From: a virus | Length of the DNA stretch: 39,055 nt | Virus record (IMG/VR): IMGVR_UViG_3300017408_000002 | Reading direction: 5' to 3' (one strand) | Shown: piece after piece, positions 27,218 through 34,391 of the stretch | How the letters are laid out: every line of letters starts with the position of its first letter | Position numbering within the stretch: the first letter of the stretch is position 1 | Program-made: the position numbers and the translations under genes | The notes under the pieces: model-generated | Seen by the model: only the letters and a program-made list of their open reading frames with translations | Databases searched by the model: none | Told to the model about the DNA's origin: nothing

Positions 27218-27804
27218 GCTTTTGGGATTTGGACGACGGCACCAGCGCCGTCAGTGGCGACAAGGAATTCAGTGCGGGCGGCGTTGACTTTGATGTAATT
27301 CCCAAAGGCACTAGCGTTCTAGTGACGGTAGAAGATGCCAACTGGAAGCCAGGGTATCAGGTCGAAGAAGAGTTCGTGAACCTGAAGGTGCGCGTGCTGA
27401 AGCCCGAGGCGTATGCCAATCGCGTCTTGTTCTTCAAGCTGTGGGTGGATGACCTTGACCCCGGCGTAAAGACCAACGGCGTGTTCGACAATGCCAAGGC
27501 CAAGACCAAGCGCGACAAGCATAAGAAGATGCTCATGGCGATCGACGCCAACAGCAAGGGTCGGCTGGCGAAGCTGACCTCGCGCATGGATAACGACCAG
27601 CTCGCCATGGCGCTTGTCGGCGGCCAGTTCGTCGCCACACTCGGCGTGTGGGACAAGGACGAAGGCGGCGTCAAGGTCCCCGGCGGCAACTGGCTGATGG
27701 CTGCAAAGCCCAAATCGGCAGAGATCAGCGATGGGCCGGCGCTCAAGGCCAAGCCAAAGGCGGCGCCGATCACCGATGACCTCGACGATGATGTCCCCTT
27801 CTAA
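27214..27804 (+). CDS. DUF669-like phage ssDNA-binding protein candidate (196 aa)
   Basis: GTGA-coupled to the ATPase. FDVIPKGTSVLVTVEDANWK...VNLKVRVLKPEAYANRVLFFKLWV pattern. Acidic C-terminal DDLDDDVPF tail, like SSB partner-binding tips. Confidence 0.6.
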   Translation: MSFWDLDDGTSAVSGDKEFSAGGVDFDVIPKGTSVLVTVEDANWKPGYQVEEEFVNLKVRVLKPEAYANRVLFFKLWVDDLDPGVKTNGVFDNAKAKTKRDKHKKMLMAIDANSKGRLAKLTSRMDNDQLAMALVGGQFVATLGVWDKDEGGVKVPGGNWLMAAKPKSAEISDGPALKAKPKAAPITDDLDDDVPF

Positions 27805-27819
27805 CCACCCCTGACCGGA

Positions 27820-27844
27820 CGCCGCCCCGTAGCAAAGGGCGGCG
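27820..27844 (+). other. GC stem-loop (8-bp stem cgccgccc/gggcggcg, 9-nt loop) without a U-tract
   Basis: Read directly. Lies 16 nt after the DUF669 stop, at the boundary with an AT-rich segment. Confidence 0.35.
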
Positions 27845-27872
27845 CGAGGATGAGGACGAGTGGAGAGAAGAG

Positions 27873-28040
27873 ATGAATTTTTATTTTAAGCGCAAACCAA
27901 TCAATGGCAGCAGATATGGCATTGGTTTTAAAAGCAAAAAGCAATTGCCCTTGGTGATGATTTGGAAGGAGTTTTTAAGCGAAGGCGAAGTTTGCGAAGC
28001 TTATGTTATTTATTCTTCTTACCGCGGCTACAAAGCATGA
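27873..28040 (+). CDS. AT-rich 55-aa micro-ORF (below the ORF-track cutoff), unknown function
   Basis: Hand translation: MNFYFKRKPINGSRYGIGFKSKKQLPLVMIWKEFLSEGEVCEAYVIYSSYRGYKA*. GGAGAG lies 5 nt upstream. ATGA overlap with the exonuclease start. Local GC hand count 24/60. Confidence 0.45.
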   Translation: MNFYFKRKPINGSRYGIGFKSKKQLPLVMIWKEFLSEGEVCEAYVIYSSYRGYKA

Positions 28041-28906
28041 CCGCCCCCCAGCGCTCTCCCGAATGGTTCGCCGCCCGTGCCAAGCGTATCACCGCAAGTC
28101 GCGTAGGCGCTATTCTTGGTCACTCCCCCTTTGCCACGCCTGATGATGTCATGCGCACGATGGTTCGTGAAGCCTTGGGCGCAGAAAGAGAGTTTACTGG
28201 CAACGTGGCCACCGCCTGGGGTAATGCTATGGAAGCAAATGCCATCGCGGACTTTGAGATGGAAACCGGCCTTTCCGTCGAGGCTACGGGTTTCCACGAA
28301 TACGAAGATTGGGCGGGTGTATCGCCAGACGGCCTGATCGGCCGCAACTGCGGCATAGAACAGAAGTGCCCCTACGGCCTGCGTAACGATCCTGAGCCGG
28401 TGTTCAAGCCGCTGAAGGAACAGCCGCATTATTACGATCAGGTGCAATTCACGATAAATTGTCTCAACCGTGATTGCTGGTGGTTCGTACAGTGGACGCC
28501 GCATGGTAGCGCACGGGAAATGGTGCCGCACAGCAAGGCGTGGGCCGATACCAATATGCCGATCTTGCGGCAGTTCTATGCGCGCTTCCTGTCTGAGCTG
28601 GAATCGCCGGATGAGCATCTAGCGCCATTGCGGACGGTGATCGACACCCCCGCAGCCGCCCTCATGGTAGCTGAATACGACCAGCTATCCGAAGCCATCT
28701 CGCTTGCGGAGGAACGCAAGAAGGACCTGCTCGCAGAGATGGTGGCGCTGGCTGGGGAGAGGAATGCGGTGTTTGGTGGGCGGAAGCTTACCCAAACAAC
28801 CCGCGCCGGTTCCGTGTCTTACGGCAAGGCGCTGAAGGAATTGGCACCGGGGGCGGATCTGTCGAAGTGGACGGGGAAGCCGTCGAGCTATTGGGGGTTG
28901 AAGTGA
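28037..28906 (+). CDS. YqaJ/lambda-exonuclease-like PD-(D/E)xK recombination exonuclease
   Basis: SPEWFAARAKRITASRVGAILGHSPF ... SPDGLI ... IEQKCPY. Start refined to ATG 28037. The track start 27962 is a TTG extension through AT-rich DNA. Confidence 0.8.
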   Translation: MTAPQRSPEWFAARAKRITASRVGAILGHSPFATPDDVMRTMVREALGAEREFTGNVATAWGNAMEANAIADFEMETGLSVEATGFHEYEDWAGVSPDGLIGRNCGIEQKCPYGLRNDPEPVFKPLKEQPHYYDQVQFTINCLNRDCWWFVQWTPHGSAREMVPHSKAWADTNMPILRQFYARFLSELESPDEHLAPLRTVIDTPAAALMVAEYDQLSEAISLAEERKKDLLAEMVALAGERNAVFGGRKLTQTTRAGSVSYGKALKELAPGADLSKWTGKPSSYWGLK

Positions 28907-29586
28907 TGTGGACCGTAGAGCCTTTAACCAAAAAACAAGCCGACGCTTTGGTTACAAAGCGCCATTATTCGCGTCGTGCCTCAATGTTTCAATATGCCTT
29001 TGGCTTGATTGAAAATGGAAAAATCGAAGGCGTTGTTGTATACGGCTCACCGCCATTGCAAGTAGTAAAGCATGCGTTAAACGGTGCAGATTTTCTTATG
29101 TTAGAACTGACTAGGTTGGTTATTCAAACAAAAGAAAAAAATGCAGCATCATTTCTAATTGGTCGTTCTTTGACCATGCTTCCGCAGCCGTGTGCTGTGG
29201 TTTCGTATGCGGATACAGAATTTAGCCATGCTGGCATTGTGTATCAAGCGACTAATTGGCTCTACACAGGCGCTACAAAATCACACGATCATATGTATTT
29301 GATCGACGGAAAACGCGTTCATCCTAGGACGTTAGCATCTCGCGGAATCACCAATCCTAAACAATGGGCAAAAGACAACGGCATTGAAACAGTGCCCCCG
29401 ATGTATAAGCATCGTTATTTCTTCTTTAACGGCAATAAGAAAGAGAAAAAGGCGCTTAGACTAAATCTTAAATATCCGGTTATAACGCCTTATCCTAAAA
29501 TGGATCAAAATAGATACGACGATGGCGAGCGTGTAGAAATGCATTTAACAGATAGGAATGCTGATTTTCAGCAGTCATTGCTATGA
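28906..29586 (+). CDS. GNAT-fold protein of the Mom-like (adenine methylcarbamoylation) type. DNA-modification candidate.
   Basis: KRHYSRR...YAFGL...GVVVYGSP...LELTRLV...VVSYADTEFSHAGIVYQATNWLYTG...HPR signature. I remember this signature from proteins annotated as Mom family. Strongly AT-rich (hand counts 27/60, 17/60 and 20/60, against 40/60 in the next gene). TGATG overlap. Confidence 0.5.
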   Translation: MWTVEPLTKKQADALVTKRHYSRRASMFQYAFGLIENGKIEGVVVYGSPPLQVVKHALNGADFLMLELTRLVIQTKEKNAASFLIGRSLTMLPQPCAVVSYADTEFSHAGIVYQATNWLYTGATKSHDHMYLIDGKRVHPRTLASRGITNPKQWAKDNGIETVPPMYKHRYFFFNGNKKEKKALRLNLKYPVITPYPKMDQNRYDDGERVEMHLTDRNADFQQSLL

Positions 29587-31382
29587 ACCTTCGCCCATAC
29601 CAAACCGCAGCCTGCGACGCCGCCCTAGACTACATGCGCACCACAACCAGCCCGTGCCTCATCGACGCAGCGCCCGCGGCCGGTAAAAGCCACATGATCG
29701 CCCACATCGCTGATCGACTACATGCCATCAGCGGCGGCAAGCGCATCCTGTGCCTCGCGCCCAATGCAAAGCTAGTCCACCAGAACAAGGAAAAGATGGA
29801 CCTGACCGGACACAAGTCCTCTATCTTTTCCGCCAGCGCTGGTGCCAAGTCCACACGACATTCGATAATTTTTGCCACCCCCGGCACGGTCAAGAATGCC
29901 ATCAGCCGCTTTAACGATGGCAGCTATTGCGCGGTCGTCGTGGATGAGTGCCACGGCATGACGCCCACTATCCGCGCCATCATCGACGCCATGCGGGTCG
30001 GCAACCCTAATCTGCGGGTGCTGGGCCTGACCGGTACGCCCTACGTGCTGGGCAAGGGCTATATCTTCCGCCAGCATCCCAACGGCAAGGTCAACGGCGA
30101 TGATCTGACCCGCGATCCGTATTTCACGCGATGCGTGTATCAGGTGTCCGCTCGCGAGATGCTGGATGCAGGCTACATAACCCCCATGGTTGTCGGCGCA
30201 ATTAACACAGACGCCTACGACACGTCGGGCGTTGTACTGCTGCCGAACGGCCATCTGGACGCCTCGACGGTTGAATGCGCCTTCGTAGGCCACGGGCGTC
30301 AGACTGCGCATGTGGTGGCGGATGTCGTGGCGCAGGCTCAACACAGGAAGGGCGGTGTGATGCTCTTTGCCGCCACCGTGGCGCACGCGCATGAGATCAT
30401 GGCCAGCCTGCCGCCGGGTAACTCCGTGCTGGTGACGGGCGACATGGATCCGGCGGCAGAGAAACGGGCTGTGGCGTCGTATAAGGCACACCGGGTCCGC
30501 TACGTCGTTAGCGTCGGCAAACTCACCACCGGATTCGACGCGCCGTGGACCGAGATCATCGCGGTGCTTCGGTTTACCGAGTCCGCCACGCTGCTGACCC
30601 AGATCCTGGGGCGGGCATGGCGGCTGTTCGATGGCAAGCGAAATGCGCTATGGCTGGACTATGCCGGCAATGTCGAGCGCCACTTCCCGGACGGGGACAT
30701 TTACAAGCCCACTATCAAAGCAGGCAAAGCCGCAGAAGGCGGTGACGGCATCGAGGCGGAGTGTCCATCGTGCGGTTATGCCAACAACTTCACCGCCACG
30801 CCTGACGGCCAAGTCTACAAGCTCGATAAGCACGGATACTGCCTCGACGTTTGGGGTGCGCGGGTGGAAACCGAATACGGTCCCATGCCGGGTCATTTCG
30901 GCAGGCGCTGCAACGGCTTGATCAAAATCGGGCCGGAGTACGAACGCTGTAATTATTTCTGGACCGCAAAGGAATGTGAGGCATGCGGCGAGAAGAACGA
31001 CATCGCGGCGCGGTTCTGTCGGTCTTGCAAAGCGGAGATCATCAATCCGAACGATCGCCTGGTGCTGCAATTCGAAGCGCTGAAGAAAGATCCGTATGCT
31101 CCGCAAACTGATGTCGTGCTATCTGTGTCTAGGAAAGATTCTGTTTCCCAACGGGGCAACCCGGTAGTGCGGGCGGATTGGGTGACGCCGTATAGGCGGT
31201 TCGCGACCTTCCACCAGCCCGAAGCGACCTTCGCGAAAGCCCAGAGGGACTGGCAACGCTTTGACGAGGCAACGCGCCACGGACAGCCCGAGACGATTAG
31301 CTACGTCAAGGAAATGAACGGGTTTTTCCGGGTGCTGGCGTTCAACGAGCCGGCTGATACCGTACAGGAGATGGCAGCATGA
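29583..31382 (+). CDS. SF2 DEAD/DEAH-box DNA helicase with C-terminal zinc ribbons
   Basis: Motif I DAAPAAGKSH, motif II VVVDECH, motif III GLTGTP, motif VI QILGRAWR. CPSCG...C, CEACG...CRSC. Confidence 0.85.
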   Translation: MNLRPYQTAACDAALDYMRTTTSPCLIDAAPAAGKSHMIAHIADRLHAISGGKRILCLAPNAKLVHQNKEKMDLTGHKSSIFSASAGAKSTRHSIIFATPGTVKNAISRFNDGSYCAVVVDECHGMTPTIRAIIDAMRVGNPNLRVLGLTGTPYVLGKGYIFRQHPNGKVNGDDLTRDPYFTRCVYQVSAREMLDAGYITPMVVGAINTDAYDTSGVVLLPNGHLDASTVECAFVGHGRQTAHVVADVVAQAQHRKGGVMLFAATVAHAHEIMASLPPGNSVLVTGDMDPAAEKRAVASYKAHRVRYVVSVGKLTTGFDAPWTEIIAVLRFTESATLLTQILGRAWRLFDGKRNALWLDYAGNVERHFPDGDIYKPTIKAGKAAEGGDGIEAECPSCGYANNFTATPDGQVYKLDKHGYCLDVWGARVETEYGPMPGHFGRRCNGLIKIGPEYERCNYFWTAKECEACGEKNDIAARFCRSCKAEIINPNDRLVLQFEALKKDPYAPQTDVVLSVSRKDSVSQRGNPVVRADWVTPYRRFATFHQPEATFAKAQRDWQRFDEATRHGQPETISYVKEMNGFFRVLAFNEPADTVQEMAA

Positions 31383-31792
31383 AGTTCCCCCCATGGCTAC
31401 CCGTCTACGGCGATCAGTCGTTTCGCGGCAAATGCTTCCTGGAGCATATTGAGCAAACCTCGATCATCAACCGCATCCGCCGCGAGCATCCCGACACCTG
31501 GGGGCGGCTTGTGCTGCATCCGCGAAATGAAGGGCTGAAGCAGGGCGGCCAGTTCTCAACCGTCGTGAAGCACAAGGCTGAGGGCATGGCGGTTGGGGCT
31601 TGTGATGTTGTCATACCTACATCCCCCAGCTTCTGTTGCGAGATCAAGCGCGCGGACCACACGCAGTCGCATTGGCAGGAAGGGCAACTTGAGTACCTTC
31701 AGGCGGCACAGGATGCCGGCGCCTTCGCCTGTGTCGCGTTGGGGGCTGTAGCGGCGTGGGAGGCATTCGAGACATGGAAGTCCGGCCTGTAA
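31379..31792 (+). CDS. VRR-NUC domain nuclease
   Basis: GACDVVIPTSPSFCCEIKRADHTQSHWQEGQLEYLQAAQDAGAFACV (D...ExK plus the Q..W...G pattern). ATGA-coupled to the helicase. Confidence 0.75.
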   Translation: MKFPPWLPVYGDQSFRGKCFLEHIEQTSIINRIRREHPDTWGRLVLHPRNEGLKQGGQFSTVVKHKAEGMAVGACDVVIPTSPSFCCEIKRADHTQSHWQEGQLEYLQAAQDAGAFACVALGAVAAWEAFETWKSGL

Positions 31793-32016
31793 CGTGGTGG
31801 CTGCACCAGTACCTCACTGGCATCCTACCCGCAGACAAGATTCCCCCAGCCGTCCTGAGCTGGTCGCGCTTCTTCATCTTCGAAGGAGCGCGCGAGATCG
31901 TGCTGATGTACGACAAGTACGAAAGAATAGCGGCGCTGGCAAAGATACCGACGCCGCTTCGTGTGACTGTGGAGGATGAGGTTAAGAGGCTGTGGCCTAT
32001 GCGCGCCTCACTTTAA
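31774..32016 (+). CDS. Hypothetical protein (80 aa)
   Basis: ORF track with start refined to MEVRPVTWW. Overlaps the VRR-NUC end by 19 nt. Confidence 0.4.
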   Translation: MEVRPVTWWLHQYLTGILPADKIPPAVLSWSRFFIFEGAREIVLMYDKYERIAALAKIPTPLRVTVEDEVKRLWPMRASL

Positions 32017-32211
32017 ACTCCGCATGACCTTATCCAGCACCAGATCCTCCGCCCCAGCCACAACCAGCAACGCCGTCATCAGCCGCGGATCCTTCGTCTC
32101 ACCGGCCACCGCCTTCAGGCATTCCCGCACCACGCGCGCATTCCTGACGCGCTGCGATGCGAGATAAGCCGATACGGCTTCGTCGGGGTAGTTGGTGGTT
32201 ATGGAGGTCAT
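32008..32211 (-). CDS. Hypothetical protein (67 aa)
   Basis: Start refined to MTSITTNYPDE (ATGA overlap at 32208-32211). Confidence 0.5.
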   Translation of the reverse strand: MTSITTNYPDEAVSAYLASQRVRNARVVRECLKAVAGETKDPRLMTALLVVAGAEDLVLDKVMRSLK

Positions 32212-32414
32212 TGTGGTTCCTCGGGGAGGGGCATCCAGTGGGTGGGGGATACAGGTGAATATCCTACATCGTATCCGCCCGCTGTCTCCCAGCCAGTCGT
32301 CCAACCCTCAAAATCTTTACCTTTCACCCACCAGCATAAAACATACTGACCATATGCCCAGCCAAGGACCTCTTGGTATTTCGGCGCCGTCTCAATAGGT
32401 TGCCACTGCGTCAT
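32208..32414 (-). CDS. DUF551-like small phage protein (68 aa)
   Basis: MTQWQPIETAPKYQEVLGW...W...W signature. ATGA overlaps on both sides. Confidence 0.55.
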   Translation of the reverse strand: MTQWQPIETAPKYQEVLGWAYGQYVLCWWVKGKDFEGWTTGWETAGGYDVGYSPVSPTHWMPLPEEPQ

Positions 32415-32590
32415 CACCACCCTCCCCAATTCATCTTCCCGCGTCCACGTTCGGACAACAGACAGTTTTCCCAGCGATCTTCGATCTGGATATCCAGCTC
32501 TTCTACGGTGCGGCCCGGATAGGGAAAGCCGCCGACAGCCGCGCGCCCTGGGCCAGCGGAAGGCCCGAAGCTAAATTCGTAGCGCTTCAT
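32414..32590 (-). CDS. Hypothetical protein (58 aa)
   Basis: Start refined to MKRYEFSF (ATGA overlap at 32587-32590). Confidence 0.45.
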   Translation of the reverse strand: MKRYEFSFGPSAGPGRAAVGGFPYPGRTVEELDIQIEDRWENCLLSERGRGKMNWGGW

Positions 32591-32907
32591 GCTGCCACCC
32601 CATGCCGCGCTTCCCACGCCGCCATAGGAACGCCCATATACTGGCCGGAACGGATCTGCGCCTTCAGCAGGTTGCGGCATCCCTCCTGAGACTGGGCGCG
32701 GCTGATCTCGACATTGTAAGAATCGATGTTCGCCAACCGCTCGTTATGCGGGATGGAGCGGCGGATGCCAGCAGCGTTGAGGTGCTTGATCCGGTGATGC
32801 AGGACGTGAACGTTGATGTAATAGCCGTCCTCGCGCATTTCCTTGAGCGCCGCGAACGCGCTGTTTTCCATGACGTATTCGTCGATGATGTCGATGGTGG
32901 GGAGCAT
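32587..32907 (-). CDS. Hypothetical protein (106 aa)
   Basis: Start refined to MLPTIDIIDEYV. Begins 1 nt after the stop of the upstream micro-ORF. Confidence 0.5.
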   Translation of the reverse strand: MLPTIDIIDEYVMENSAFAALKEMREDGYYINVHVLHHRIKHLNAAGIRRSIPHNERLANIDSYNVEISRAQSQEGCRNLLKAQIRSGQYMGVPMAAWEARHGVAA

Positions 32908-32908
32908 T

Positions 32909-33037
32909 TTACTTATCCTGATCTGGTTTGCGACCTGCATGGAATCCGTCATCGTCTTCCCAGCCTTCAACGGTGTTTACGTATAGAAATACTACACCAG
33001 CGATGAGGGCGAGGGCTGCGACTATGAATACAATCAT
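32909..33037 (-). CDS. 42-aa single-pass membrane micro-protein (below the ORF-track cutoff)
   Basis: Hand translation: MIVFIVAALALIAGVVFLYVNTVEGWEDDDGFHAGRKPDQDK*. GGAGAG SD 6 nt upstream. Confidence 0.5.
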   Translation of the reverse strand: MIVFIVAALALIAGVVFLYVNTVEGWEDDDGFHAGRKPDQDK

Positions 33038-33061
33038 GGCATTCTCTCCTGTTGCGCCGCT

Positions 33062-33280
33062 TTACGCGGTCGCGGGTCCGTAAACCGTAATGCATGTCTT
33101 GTTACGACGAACTCCGAATGACCGGCCTTGCCATGGCTGTTGGCCTTCTGCGTGAAACGCCACGGACGTGATACCGTCAGCGGGCCATTCATAATCTGGT
33201 GCCAGCACTCGACGCACTACGCGACCCACCAGAACATAATCTTCTGGCAGCGCATTCACTATGACGCGAGGGCGGGTCAT
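33062..33280 (-). CDS. Hypothetical protein (72 aa)
   Basis: ORF track. ATGA overlap with the Cro-like gene stop. Confidence 0.55.
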   Translation of the reverse strand: MTRPRVIVNALPEDYVLVGRVVRRVLAPDYEWPADGITSVAFHAEGQQPWQGRSFGVRRNKTCITVYGPATA

Positions 33281-33465
33281 TGCGTCAATTCCGGCATCTG
33301 CACGCCCGCTGACGCAGCCAGCATCAGAAGAGTGTTATGGTGCATCTTAGGCACCCCCTTCTTGCGCCAGTAGGCAATGGCCTGCTTACTGATGTTATAA
33401 TGCGCTTTGATCCGAGGATGGCCCAAGCGGTCAATAGCGGCGGCATGTGGGTGCAGTTTGTCCAT
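33277..33465 (-). CDS. Cro/YdaS-like HTH DNA-binding protein (62 aa)
   Basis: AAIDRLGHPRIKAHYNISKQAIAYWRKKGVP is a typical short phage Cro-type HTH. First gene of a leftward arm next to a divergent control region. Confidence 0.65.
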   Translation of the reverse strand: MDKLHPHAAAIDRLGHPRIKAHYNISKQAIAYWRKKGVPKMHHNTLLMLAASAGVQMPELTQ

Positions 33466-33482
33466 ACCCCTACGTACAGCGA

Positions 33483-33526
33483 CAAATATTTTCCTGCAAG
33501 GGGTTGCGGGTCAAATATTTTCCTGC
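33483..33526. promoter_or_regulatory. Two perfect 15-bp direct repeats CAAATATTTTCCTGC (33483-33497 and 33512-33526). Operator candidates.
   Basis: Read directly. 29-bp periodicity. The repeats overlap both candidate divergent promoters. Confidence 0.6.
33485..33514 (-). promoter_or_regulatory. Leftward promoter candidate TTGACC-N18-AATATT
   Basis: The -35 comes from repeat copy 2 and the -10 from repeat copy 1 (reverse complement). About 20 nt upstream of ATG 33465. Confidence 0.3.
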
Positions 33527-33532
33527 CATAAA
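33504..33532 (+). promoter_or_regulatory. Rightward promoter candidate TTGCGG-N17-CATAAA
   Basis: The spacer is exactly repeat copy 2. AAGGAG SD at 33542, ATG at 33555. Confidence 0.35.
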
Positions 33533-33554
33533 GCTCCCAACAAGGAGACCCGAA

Positions 33555-33740
33555 ATGCCCCACCTCATGACCCGCAGCGACATTGACGAGTTGATCGCCG
33601 ACTACGCCCTTAACATGGCAGCACTGCGTGCGACCGGTGCGTTCGCCAGGTACGGCAGCGCTCTACGCGGCACCGGTGATGTGCAAAGCGGCGAGGCGGA
33701 TGCGTTTCGTGCGGCGCCTGTGTGGGGTGCGGGGCTGTGA
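33555..33740 (+). CDS. Hypothetical protein (61 aa), first gene of the rightward accessory arm
   Basis: AAGGAG SD 7 nt upstream. The track ORF 33447 start is an upstream non-ATG extension. Confidence 0.55.
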   Translation: MPHLMTRSDIDELIADYALNMAALRATGAFARYGSALRGTGDVQSGEADAFRAAPVWGAGL

Positions 33741-34003
33741 GCTTCATTGAAAATCCGCCGGCCTTTCCGAATGATGGCCGCGGGCCACGTTGGCCGGAGC
33801 AAAACGGCATGACGCTGCGCGACTGGTTTGCGGGCAAGTTCCTAGCTGGGGTTGCTGCCTCGCCTGACACTGCCCTTGAGGTGCCAGCCGATTGCCGTCA
33901 GCACGAGCTTGATGCTGCCCTTGCAGAGCATTGGGGGCAGGTAGCCCGCGCAGCCTACATCGCTGCCGACGCCATGCTAGCAGTCCGCGGAAACGCAGCA
34001 TGA
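33737..34003 (+). CDS. Hypothetical protein (88 aa; alternative start ATG 33809)
   Basis: GTGA overlap. MTLRDWFAGKFLAGV motif is common in small phage proteins. Confidence 0.5.
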   Translation: MSFIENPPAFPNDGRGPRWPEQNGMTLRDWFAGKFLAGVAASPDTALEVPADCRQHELDAALAEHWGQVARAAYIAADAMLAVRGNAA

Positions 34004-34170
34004 TCCTCGACACCCCCACCAACGCAGACATCATGCGCTCCGTCCATGATGCACAGGCGCGGCTTGGGCTGGAGCCTGAGTTTGCTTTCATCCACCATTC
34101 GACCACATTCGACGTCGAGTACCGCGCAGCACGTCGCGCGCTCGATGCAATCCGACAGGAGCTAATCTGA
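34000..34170 (+). CDS. Hypothetical protein (56 aa)
   Basis: ATGA overlap at 34000-34003. MILDTPTNADIM... Confidence 0.5.
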   Translation: MILDTPTNADIMRSVHDAQARLGLEPEFAFIHHSTTFDVEYRAARRALDAIRQELI

Positions 34171-34391
34171 TGGAACCCCGTATTTTCAAAACCACGAAGC
34201 GCGCCAGCTTCGGTGTCACTCGCTCTGGCTACGATGCCGATCAGCCTGCGAACCTGTCGCAGTGGCAGAAGGAGACGATGGGCGAGCTGATCCCGTTGGA
34301 GGGAAAGCCGGACTATATCGTAAGCCTGAAGGAGTTTCTGGCGGTTGCGGTACTGGTGGCGGCTGTCGTCGCTCTTGTGGTGTCGCTGTGA
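34170..34391 (+). CDS. Small C-tail-anchored membrane protein (73 aa)
   Basis: TGATG overlap. C-terminal FLAVAVLVAAVVALVVSL. Confidence 0.5.
   Translation: MEPRIFKTTKRASFGVTRSGYDADQPANLSQWQKETMGELIPLEGKPDYIVSLKEFLAVAVLVAAVVALVVSL

Noticed and set aside
27962-28036. TTG-initiated N-terminal extension of the exonuclease ORF
   Set aside because: It runs through the AT-rich insert in a frame giving MEGVFKRRRSLRSLCYLFF. The conserved YqaJ N-terminus begins at ATG 28037, which is ATGA-coupled to the micro-ORF.
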